32,000 nt of DNA from Pyrodictium delaneyi (GCF_001412615.1 NZ_CP013011.1:1890001-1922000), one strand, 5' to 3'. Shown: positions 7,245 through 14,209, counted from the first letter of the stretch. Notes: generated from the letters alone by a model not told the origin. A program made the numbers and translations.

Positions 7245-7547
7245 ATGCCGCGGAAGCGGGGGAAGAGGCGTAATAGGAACAAGTACCTAGGCAAGGGCTG
7301 CCAGAGCCCGCCATGCGTTCCCGACACCGGCAGACCCGGCCTCGATAATTTACACGAGGTAGAGAAGATAGCGAAGAGGATACTGCAGGACGCACGGCGG
7401 GGCAGGATAAGCAAGAAGACGGCGCATGGCCGGTTCCTGCTGCTCTATCGCCTAGTCTCCGGCAAGGATAGGGATTTCCGCGGCGCGAAGGCCCGGAGAG
7501 CCATAGCGATAGTGAAGAAGTACTGGGGGAAGCTCCGCAGGCTCTAG
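7245..7547 (+). CDS. Highly basic small protein (100 aa)
   Basis: MPRKRGKRRNRNK N-terminus. Motif copy F lies 26 nt upstream. Confidence 0.6.
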   Translation: MPRKRGKRRNRNKYLGKGCQSPPCVPDTGRPGLDNLHEVEKIAKRILQDARRGRISKKTAHGRFLLLYRLVSGKDRDFRGAKARRAIAIVKKYWGKLRRL

Positions 7548-7557
7548 CCCCTCTTTT

Positions 7558-7584
7558 TCGCCCCTCATACCCTCGGGGCGGGAC
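7558..7584 (+). promoter_or_regulatory. Intercistronic element copy G, 27 nt before TTG 7585
   Basis: A T5 tract is followed by TCGCCCC-TCATACCCTC-GGGGCGGGAC. The stem is 6 bp. Confidence 0.6.
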
Positions 7585-8559
7585 TTGACAGGGAAGCCTC
7601 TAACTCTAGCCCTCGCTATTCTCACACTACATTTTATACTATATACTGTGCCCGCGTACGCAGCCTCGAGTGGCCCCTACCTCTACCATGACCAGGAGTA
7701 CCTTGTAGTGGCTTACTACCGGTTCGGTAACCGTATCGCAATGGCGCAGAACAACAGCAAGGTCTTCAGCCCGGTCACTATAGAGGTGTTCAGCAAGACT
7801 GGTAGGCCTGTTAGCTTCGTAGTGGGAGAGCGGAAGTTCTCGCTCCTGGCGGGGTTCGGAGAGCCGGCCCGTCACGTGCTCGAGGTGCCGCCCAACCAGC
7901 ATGTGTGCATACAAGTGGTCCTGGAAGGCTCTGCGAAGAGGTTCTGCTTCTACGGCCTCGCCAGGGAGCGGGCGGTAGAGGAGTACGTGCAGATGACGGT
8001 GAAGGAGCTCGCAGCTCTGGTAACACGTGTACGGGCCGAGACGCTCGCGGCGGCGCTCGCCGGGATACTGGCTGGTGCCGGTTTGGCTTGGCTAGTCAAG
8101 ACGAGGCTGGTGCTTCTTGACGCTCTGAACCCTGTTAGCCTCGCGGCTGGGCTCATAGCCTTGGCCGCTATGCCGAGGTACTGGTGGCTCAGCATCCCAA
8201 TGCTCCTAGGCCTCTTTGCCGGCTACTGGTTGGCCCCCAGCCCGCCCACGGTAGCGCTGGTGAAACCCGACTTCAGCAATAGGCGTCTCAAGGTGTTGCT
8301 GCTCCCGGTTTACTACACGAGCGATGGAAGGCTCGCGGCGGCGCTGCAGGACTTCAAAGCGACTCTCGGGAGACTCCGGGGCAGCCACGTCTATGTGGAG
8401 AATACTGTGACGGGAGAAGGACTGCCCCTCTCAGGGTGGAGCCTAGATATCATAGACGAGAAGGGCAGGAGCAGCAGCTACGAGATGCTCCTTGTCCGCA
8501 GGATACGCTTGAAGCGTAGAAGGGTGAGAGGAGATGCTCTGGGGGAGAAGGAAGAGTAG
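7585..8559 (+). CDS. Secreted/membrane protein: signal peptide, beta-rich ectodomain, central TM cluster, basic C-terminus
   Basis: TTG start. MTGKPLTLALAILTLHFILYTVPAYA looks like a signal peptide. Motif copy G lies 27 nt upstream. Confidence 0.6.
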   Translation: MTGKPLTLALAILTLHFILYTVPAYAASSGPYLYHDQEYLVVAYYRFGNRIAMAQNNSKVFSPVTIEVFSKTGRPVSFVVGERKFSLLAGFGEPARHVLEVPPNQHVCIQVVLEGSAKRFCFYGLARERAVEEYVQMTVKELAALVTRVRAETLAAALAGILAGAGLAWLVKTRLVLLDALNPVSLAAGLIALAAMPRYWWLSIPMLLGLFAGYWLAPSPPTVALVKPDFSNRRLKVLLLPVYYTSDGRLAAALQDFKATLGRLRGSHVYVENTVTGEGLPLSGWSLDIIDEKGRSSSYEMLLVRRIRLKRRRVRGDALGEKEE

Positions 8560-8863
8560 ACCTCGAGTAGAGTACGAGTACGTGCTAGAGGTAGAGCCGT
8601 TGGTTAGCGCTGAAGAGAATGTCTTCGAATATCTGGCAGCTCCCTACGAGAAGTTTGCCGAGGTTCTCGCGGAGAATATACGGTTGAAGTGGGCCCTGAC
8701 GGCGGGGAAGCTACTAGCCTACAAGAGGGCTCATGAGATTGCACGTAGACGCATAACGTGGCTGGCCCGGAACATTCTCGCCCCACCCCGGCAGCCGCCG
8801 GGATCGCCCCTACGGCCCGGGGCGAGGGATGGCGAAGCGGAGAGGAAGGAAGAGGAAGCGTAG
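8534..8863 (+). CDS. Hypothetical protein (109 aa)
   Basis: ATG start after GAGAGGAG. It overlaps both neighbours. Confidence 0.5.
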   Translation: MLWGRRKSRPRVEYEYVLEVEPLVSAEENVFEYLAAPYEKFAEVLAENIRLKWALTAGKLLAYKRAHEIARRRITWLARNILAPPRQPPGSPLRPGARDGEAERKEEEA

Positions 8864-9344
8864 CAACCCACGGCTCCGGTACAAGAAGAGGTACGTGAAG
8901 CACAGGCGGCTCGAAGAAGAGGCGGAGCAAGTCTCGAGGGCTAGTGCTGAGCTGGGAGAGTACGTGGTCAAGTGGCTTGACGAGGCGCTGGATGCTCTGA
9001 GGCGGGGAGCCAGGAAGAAAGCGCAGAAGCTTATACGCCGCATCCTTAGGCGCGGCCAGGCCTCGATGCTCGGCAAGAGAAGGGGCCGGAGAGGCCGAAC
9101 AGTGTTTACAGACCACCTAGTGGTGAACAGCAGGGGCCGGGTCAAGCATTACGGCATACACGGGGTAAAGGGCTGGAACCCGGAGAGCCCCGAGGAAGTC
9201 CAGTTCAAGAACAAGCGCGGCGAAGACCTAGAATACGAGGAGATAGGCGAAGTAGCAGTAAAGCCCGCTAGGCGCAAAATCAAGCGTACCCAGCGCTGGA
9301 AAAGAGCCGGCGGAAAGGACAAGTCTAATAAAGGACGCAAATAG
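8829..9344 (+). CDS. Highly basic protein (171 aa, Lys/Arg-rich)
   Basis: MAKRRGRKRKRSNPRLRYKKRYVKHRR N-terminus and a basic C-terminus. Confidence 0.6.
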   Translation: MAKRRGRKRKRSNPRLRYKKRYVKHRRLEEEAEQVSRASAELGEYVVKWLDEALDALRRGARKKAQKLIRRILRRGQASMLGKRRGRRGRTVFTDHLVVNSRGRVKHYGIHGVKGWNPESPEEVQFKNKRGEDLEYEEIGEVAVKPARRKIKRTQRWKRAGGKDKSNKGRK

Positions 9345-9362
9345 TTTCCAATAAGCTGGAGA

Positions 9363-9430
9363 GCCCCCGCGTGCGATGTACGCGGGAGCCGCGGTAAGCC
9401 GCGGGGGCGGATGATTCCACCCCCTTTATA
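9363..9430 (+). promoter_or_regulatory. GC-rich nested palindromes followed by a TTTATA box, in the largest non-coding gap of the element
   Basis: GCCCCCGCG (9363-71) pairs with CGCGGGGGC (9400-08). An alternative fold is CCCGCG-N9-CGCGGG plus CCGCGG-TAAG-CCGCGG. GGGGG (9403-07) can pair with CCCCC (9420-24). TTTATA is at 9425-30. Confidence 0.5.
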
Positions 9431-9493
9431 GGACGCTTGGCCGAAACTAACCTGTGTAGAATCCTACTCCGCCCCTACTGTTGGGGGCTATGT

Positions 9494-9898
9494 GTGAGCC
9501 TCACGTCTAGGGAGCTACTGCACGAGATCGAGAAGCTGCTTGTCTCCCGGCTCCGCAGGCTGGATCCGCAGCTAGGCTCATTGGCCCTTAATGCCTATGC
9601 CCGGGAGATCGTGTGGTGGTATAAGCAGTACCAGCTTATGGGCTTCCAGCTGGAGTGGAATGCTAAGAGGCAGCGCTTCAAATGCCTAGAAAACGATGAG
9701 GGCTGCCGCCTGGCCGAGGAGCATCTCAACTACCTTCTCCTCATGGGCCGCGCCGAGACCGTGCCTCGGCTGTCGACACTGGATCAGCTCTTGCTGAGCG
9801 TGCCTGTGGGCGAAGAGAGCGAGAAGAGGAAGACATTGAGGATAGGGCCTAGGAGAAGACATGAGGACAAAGAGGAAGAAGTGATCGAGGAGTTCTAG
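9494..9898 (+). CDS. Hypothetical protein (ORF track 9437..9898; likely start GTG 9494)
   Basis: TTTATA at 9425-9430 would place a TSS near 9452. GGGGG lies 7 nt before GTG 9494. Confidence 0.5.
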   Translation: MSLTSRELLHEIEKLLVSRLRRLDPQLGSLALNAYAREIVWWYKQYQLMGFQLEWNAKRQRFKCLENDEGCRLAEEHLNYLLLMGRAETVPRLSTLDQLLLSVPVGEESEKRKTLRIGPRRRHEDKEEEVIEEF

Positions 9899-9901
9899 AG
9901 T

Positions 9902-9925
9902 TCGCCCCCTGACGTAGGGGTGGCT
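9902..9925 (+). promoter_or_regulatory. Intercistronic element copy H, 24 nt before ATG 9926
   Basis: The sequence is TCGCCCCCT-GACGT-AGGGGTGGCT. Confidence 0.55.
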
Positions 9926-10921
9926 ATGCCTAGGCTACCGATAAAGTTCATGCCCGAGGCTTTCAGCGACTATGTCTACAAGCTCCTCATCGAGGGGCCG
10001 CTGCGCGAGGTTGAGAAGGGCTCTCGGGCTATGAGGAAGCTATACTTTGTTGCGAGCCAGGGCGGCGGAAAAAGTTGGTCCATGGCTTCTACCGCAGAGT
10101 GGCTCTGGGACGAACTGGAAGCGAGGGGGCTGAGCGTTGACGTGAAAATGCTGGACGTGGATAGGCACCTGAGGCCCAAATACAGGGTTTCATGTATAGA
10201 GGAGCTCGTTGAGGCTATGAAAAACACTGCCGCGGATGTCTTCATAGGGATTGTCGGAGAGGCAGCAGCAGATCTATCCAACATGGTCATATCGGGTGAG
10301 GAGTACAAGGCGAACGTGCTCTTCGCCAGGCACTTCTTCAGGGCAAGACACTTCTCCAACGCCCGGATAGTATACCTAATGTTCGCTTCACAGAAGACAA
10401 AGCGTCTCATGGGAGATATAAGGGATCTTGCCGACCTAGTAGTAGTCAAAGCATTGCCTCGCTGGGAAGCGAACCTGATAATCGAGGCGTTGAACATAAC
10501 CGATAGGGCTGTTATAGAGGAGCTCATGAAGCTGTACGATTTGGCGTTCATATACGGAGATAAGAGCCGGGGCATAGGAGTTGCAAACGATAAGGCCGGG
10601 CTGATCCGGTTCGATCCACCCAGCCGCATCATAGACCCAAGCTACGAGGCACCGCCAGAGGAGAGAGAAGAGAAGGCCAAGCAGAGCATGAAGCGCTTAG
10701 GAAAGAGAAAGATTCTCGACTCTGTAGAGCGTAGGTGCGTGACGCGGAACTGCAGGGTGACTATCCCGGCTGAATGGCTCGAGGAGCTGCCCCGGGAGAA
10801 TGGGGCCTGGCAGTTCACGCTTGAGCGTGTCGTTCTTGAGGACGGCTCGGCGGGGTTTCTACTCCGGCCCCGGGTTCAGCAGAAGAGGCGGGGGCTGCTG
10901 GGCGGGCTGCTCCCCTTCTAG
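9926..10921 (+). CDS. P-loop NTPase with a C-terminal AbrB/SpoVT-like domain
   Basis: Walker A is ASQGGGKS (about nt 10061-10075). A Walker-B-like VFIGIVGE follows. The C-terminus CRVTIPAEWLEELPRENGAWQFTLERVVLEDGSAGFLLRP matches the AbrB swapped-hairpin pattern. ATG 9926 follows AGGGGTGG; GTG 9920 is an alternative start. Confidence 0.65.
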   Translation: MPRLPIKFMPEAFSDYVYKLLIEGPLREVEKGSRAMRKLYFVASQGGGKSWSMASTAEWLWDELEARGLSVDVKMLDVDRHLRPKYRVSCIEELVEAMKNTAADVFIGIVGEAAADLSNMVISGEEYKANVLFARHFFRARHFSNARIVYLMFASQKTKRLMGDIRDLADLVVVKALPRWEANLIIEALNITDRAVIEELMKLYDLAFIYGDKSRGIGVANDKAGLIRFDPPSRIIDPSYEAPPEEREEKAKQSMKRLGKRKILDSVERRCVTRNCRVTIPAEWLEELPRENGAWQFTLERVVLEDGSAGFLLRPRVQQKRRGLLGGLLPF

Positions 10922-10923
10922 AT

Positions 10924-10949
10924 TCGCCCAGTAGTAGCGGAGAGGCGGG
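10924..10949 (+). promoter_or_regulatory. Intercistronic element copy I, 26 nt before TTG 10950
   Basis: The sequence is TCGCCC-AGTAGTA-GCGGAGAGGCGGG. Confidence 0.55.
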
Positions 10950-11612
10950 TTGCAGAGGAGAACCCTACTACTAGGCCTGGGCGGGGCCGGAGCAGGCGCT
11001 GCTGCCGCCGTGCTAGTAGCACTACTACTATTCCAGCCTGCCGCTGAAACAGCCATGGCCGCGCTGGAGATACTGCCGGTGCTCAAGGTATACAAGAACG
11101 GCGAGCTGGTCTACATGAAGGTTGGTGACCCGCCGCTCGAGAACTGGGCGAAGGTGCTCGCCGCAATACTGACGAATCAGGGGCAGACGCTGATAACGAG
11201 CGACGGCGGTGGCGTTACACTAAACCACGGGGATGGCCTAGACGCGCTCGTTGGTAGATCCGATAACGGCGCCCTAACGGCGCCGCCGGTGGTTGTCGCG
11301 GGCCAGCTTAGTAGTGAACTGACATACAATACTTACTGGTTCGACGAGGCCTACACAGCGCCGATAACAACACTAGGCACCGGCTGGCAAGAGAACATGG
11401 GAGAGTACGTGATAAAGATCAAGGGCACAGTGACATTTGACTCCAACACTACCATAAACGTTGTGGGTCTTGCGATAAGGCCTGTGGTAGACACCTACCA
11501 GAGAACCGTACTTGTGTTTGCGGACAAGTTGCCAGAGCCTATAGATGTTAGCAGCACAGATAGCTTGACCATAGTCTATGAGATCCACATTAAGTGGCCT
11601 AGCACGGGCTAA
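10950..11612 (+). CDS. Secreted beta-rich protein with a Tat-like signal (MQRRTLLLGLGGAGAGAAAA)
   Basis: TTG start with motif copy I 26 nt upstream. A twin-Arg is followed by an h-region and an A-x-A-like site. Confidence 0.55.
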   Translation: MQRRTLLLGLGGAGAGAAAAVLVALLLFQPAAETAMAALEILPVLKVYKNGELVYMKVGDPPLENWAKVLAAILTNQGQTLITSDGGGVTLNHGDGLDALVGRSDNGALTAPPVVVAGQLSSELTYNTYWFDEAYTAPITTLGTGWQENMGEYVIKIKGTVTFDSNTTINVVGLAIRPVVDTYQRTVLVFADKLPEPIDVSSTDSLTIVYEIHIKWPSTG

Positions 11613-11621
11613 GGGTGAGAA

Positions 11622-12422
11622 GTGTTGAGGCGGGTGGCCCTACTCAGTTTTTCCCTGGCATTCCTCTCGACACTCGCAGTTCTAGCTGCTGCCGCAGAGC
11701 TGGGGCTGAGCGTGTCCAGCGTGTTTGACTGGTTCTACAACGTGACTGTCAGGCTGGGATTCAAAGCCCAGCCTGCGCCAATTGTGGCCTGGGACTACGC
11801 TCTAATGGGAAGCAGCGGGGGCAAGGCAGTAGCTGCGGACGGCTTCAGCTTGGCCTATAATCTGAGTGTTGACGTGAACACGACTGCTGCCAGCCCGGAC
11901 ACAGTGGTTGAAGTCGCCGCGTCCACTCCAACCGTCTCCGTCTACGGGGCGGAGCCCCGGCAGCTCTTCGTCGTCTACGCTAACGGGACTATGAGCGCTC
12001 TAGGCGGCGGTGGCGGGCAGCAGGTATGTGCATCTCCCAGGGAGTGCGGCCTCGAGCTTGGCTGGGGCCGGGTCTACTACACCGACGCGATGGGCAACCC
12101 GGCTAGCCCCGCCGCGGGGAAGCAGGTGCTGATCCACTTCCCGATACACGCCAGCCCCCAGGGCAGGTATGGTAAGGCGCTGGTGCTGGTAGAGGTTCAC
12201 AGGTATGATCCCAGCTACGGCACGGTGATAATCGATGAGAACATGGCGATAGGCGTGAGCTGGGCCCTCGTAGGCGACGGAATAGAGGTGACACTACTCT
12301 GGTGGCCCAAGGATCCCGGCACATATCTCATAAGGGCCTACGTCTGGAACGGGTTCCCGGGCCAGGTAGAGGAGTGGGAGAGCTACATCGAACCCCTAGA
12401 GCTGGTAGTGAATATCCCCTAG
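11622..12422 (+). CDS. Secreted protein (266 aa) with a Sec-type signal peptide
   Basis: GTG start after GGGTGAG. MLRRVALLSFSLAFLSTLAVLAAAAE looks like a signal peptide. A T5 tract follows the stop. Confidence 0.6.
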   Translation: MLRRVALLSFSLAFLSTLAVLAAAAELGLSVSSVFDWFYNVTVRLGFKAQPAPIVAWDYALMGSSGGKAVAADGFSLAYNLSVDVNTTAASPDTVVEVAASTPTVSVYGAEPRQLFVVYANGTMSALGGGGGQQVCASPRECGLELGWGRVYYTDAMGNPASPAAGKQVLIHFPIHASPQGRYGKALVLVEVHRYDPSYGTVIIDENMAIGVSWALVGDGIEVTLLWWPKDPGTYLIRAYVWNGFPGQVEEWESYIEPLELVVNIP

Positions 12423-12434
12423 TTTTTGCCCTGG

Positions 12435-13520
12435 TCAAAACCTAGGCGACGAGCTATCTCTCCCATTATCCTCAGCGAGATAGACCTGGAGCCGCCGCCT
12501 TAGCTCGGGGAGTATCTTCTCGACGTAGGCCTGGTCTGCGCGTAGGACTATCTTGCTGTAGTTGGTGAGGCCGACCACGTTCTCTATCTTGGCGTAGCGG
12601 TTCTGTATTAGCTCGCGGAGCTCCAGGTCTATCTCCAGGTCTTCCATGAGCTGGTAGTGGTGTTTGCGGAGCATCTTGGGCGGTGCCAGGTCTAGGCCAC
12701 TGCGCCTGCGTATATTCCTGACGTAGTAAGATAGGCGGCGCGCCGAGGGCGGCTCGCCATGCCACGCCCTGGCCTCTTCGAAGACCTCGCGGGGGAGCCA
12801 GAGGAACTCGCAGCGCTTCTTGCCGCGGTTGAAGTGCAGCGCCACTCTCACGGCGTCTCCCAGCTCCACGTATCCTGTTTGCTCTAGGCTCCGCTGGTGG
12901 CTTACGGGCTTCAGGCTGGCCGCCGCTCTCACAAGATATTCTGCCTCTTCCGCCCTGGCGCCAGAATAGTACATTATCTTGTAGAGTAGCGCGTAGCCGT
13001 GCTGGCCTGCGGCCTCGAGGTAGTCTATGGTGAACCGTATCTTTTCGGCCTCTACCGCGGGGGCCTTGGCCTTGCGCAGGCTCCTCTGGCCCCGCACTAG
13101 GGCGTAGATGCGCTCGCGCTCCTCTAGCGTTATGCTGCCGGTCTCCCAGAGGAAGCTGGCTATCTTGCGTATGAGGTTGGCGTACCACTTGCTCCTCTTA
13201 GCCAGCTCGGTTATAGAGTCGGGGGTTAAGACCTGGGGGAGCTTCGAGTAATAGCGCATATAGTCCTCGAGGGTTCTAGCCTCGACTTTACCGCTGAGCC
13301 AGTCCCTAAACCTGTTAGCATCCGGTAGAAGGATTTTCCAGGCCTGGGCTGAAGGCTCCGAGCCTTCCCTGGAGAAAATCTCGTTTCGATTCCTGTCTTG
13401 GCTCGGGACTCCTAAGCCGGTGGTCGGGGGTTCAAATCCCCCCGGGCCCGCCACTCTATCACCACCATTCTTCACGTACGCTATGAAGCCACTGGCACAG
13501 TCTAACCTAGAATTATACAC
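12435..13520 (-). CDS. int: SSV-type tyrosine integrase, Int(C) portion fused across attR. The drawn 361-aa ORF is probably chimeric: the N-terminal ~23 codons come from host flank and ~15 codons from antisense tRNA
   Basis: Recombinase motifs are YYSGARAEEA (Arg), LRKHHYQLM (H/R box) and GLTNYSK (Tyr). The frame reads antisense through 13409..13453. There is no Met between the tRNA segment and the catalytic domain. Confidence 0.8.
   Translation of the reverse strand: MYNSRLDCASGFIAYVKNGGDRVAGPGGFEPPTTGLGVPSQDRNRNEIFSREGSEPSAQAWKILLPDANRFRDWLSGKVEARTLEDYMRYYSKLPQVLTPDSITELAKRSKWYANLIRKIASFLWETGSITLEERERIYALVRGQRSLRKAKAPAVEAEKIRFTIDYLEAAGQHGYALLYKIMYYSGARAEEAEYLVRAAASLKPVSHQRSLEQTGYVELGDAVRVALHFNRGKKRCEFLWLPREVFEEARAWHGEPPSARRLSYYVRNIRRRSGLDLAPPKMLRKHHYQLMEDLEIDLELRELIQNRYAKIENVVGLTNYSKIVLRADQAYVEKILPELRRRLQVYLAEDNGRDSSSPRF
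13409..13453 (+). tRNA. 3' half of tRNA-Arg (anticodon CCT), positions 32-76 including encoded CCA. Attachment site copy (attR), not a complete gene
   Basis: The segments are: loop CTCCTAA (U33, A37), stem GCCGG, variable TGGTC, T-arm GGGGG-TTCAAAT-CCCCC, acceptor CGGGCCC, discriminator G, CCA. No complementary GGGCCCG acceptor strand, D-arm or CCGGC anticodon-stem strand lies upstream. Confidence 0.8.
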
Positions 13521-13593
13521 GAGTATCTCGCCGAGGACAGCAGCATATATCTGGACACCATACCCTTATAGGTTACTACGGTGGCCTCTAGCC

Positions 13594-14121
13594 TTGAAAC
13601 TAGACACTGCAAAGATCCTGGCAGTCGCCGGCCTCATCCTCTCCATGCTCTCGTTCATACACGCCACGCTGGGCCTCGTAGGACTAGTCCTATACCTTGC
13701 CGGGATGTATCATATAGGCCAACACTACAACAAGCGAGAAGTGTTCCGCTACGCCCTAGTCTCCACCGTAGGCTTCACCGCAGCCCTCATAGCCATAGCA
13801 CTGCTCGTCGGCCTAGGAGCCCTCCTCGGAACCCTCGCAGCCGGGCCCATGGGGGTCGGCGCGAGCATAGCAGCCGGCCTAGCCCTAGCCTACATAGCCA
13901 TACTGCTCATGGGCAAGTACAAGCGCGACCTAATGAGGACACTCGCGCCCCACAGCAGCAGCATAGCTGAATGGGCCGCCCGCCTCTACTGGTACGGGGC
14001 AATACTCGCCATACTCCTGGTAGGCCTAGCACTACTACTCATAGCCCAGGTACTCGAAGCAATAGTACTAGCGACACTTAGGCCCACCAGGACACCAGCC
14101 GGAAGCTCGGGCACGCTCTAG
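13594..14121 (+). CDS. Polytopic membrane protein. The N-terminus MKLDTAKILAVAGLILSML resembles DUF996-type archaeal membrane proteins (from memory)
   Basis: In-frame TTG 13594 lies about 25-29 nt downstream of TTATAG (13565-70). ORF-track start 13420 and ATG 13483 would include tRNA/att sequence. Confidence 0.55.
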   Translation: MKLDTAKILAVAGLILSMLSFIHATLGLVGLVLYLAGMYHIGQHYNKREVFRYALVSTVGFTAALIAIALLVGLGALLGTLAAGPMGVGASIAAGLALAYIAILLMGKYKRDLMRTLAPHSSSIAEWAARLYWYGAILAILLVGLALLLIAQVLEAIVLATLRPTRTPAGSSGTL

Positions 14122-14209
14122 TAGCTGTCCTGTACCTGCTCTAGCGGCTAACCGGCACTATTCTAGAAGCGAAGCAGTAATTGAGACAGCCGCGGTCCGT
14201 ACGCTGGTC

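Larger units (their letters stand above)
1..13453 (+). mobile_element. Integrated virus-like element (provirus), right-hand portion ending at attR. The left end, attL and the intact tRNA are presumed upstream of the window
   Basis: About 24 co-oriented, overlapping or abutting ORFs, mostly without recognisable families. A terminal minus-strand SSV-type integrase is fused to a tRNA 3' half at 13409..13453. Element-specific intergenic motifs are absent from the host part. Confidence 0.8.

Noticed and set aside
9976-10632. Long antisense ORFs opposite real genes (for example 9976..10632, 5385..6074, 1694..2059, 30238..30813, 26554..27043)
   Set aside because: They are expected by chance in high-GC DNA with few stop codons. 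Their translations are Ser/Pro/Arg/Ala-rich with no motifs, and each is fully covered by a well-supported gene on the other strand.
12472-13188. 238-aa minus-strand ORF in a second frame inside the integrase gene
   Set aside because: It is a Pro/Arg/Gly-rich off-frame product fully nested in the frame that carries the tyrosine-recombinase motifs.
13330-13453. A complete tRNA gene (possibly intron-containing) ending at 13453
   Set aside because: Only positions 32-76 of the cloverleaf can be built. No GGGCCCG (or G-U tolerant) acceptor strand, D-arm or CCGGC anticodon-stem strand occurs in the ~120 nt upstream, which instead continues the integrase reading frame. I treat it as an att half-site.
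13581-13970. 129-aa + strand ORF overlapping the membrane-protein gene
   Set aside because: It is an off-frame, Arg/Pro/Ser/His-rich sequence. The overlapping frame encodes regular TM helices.
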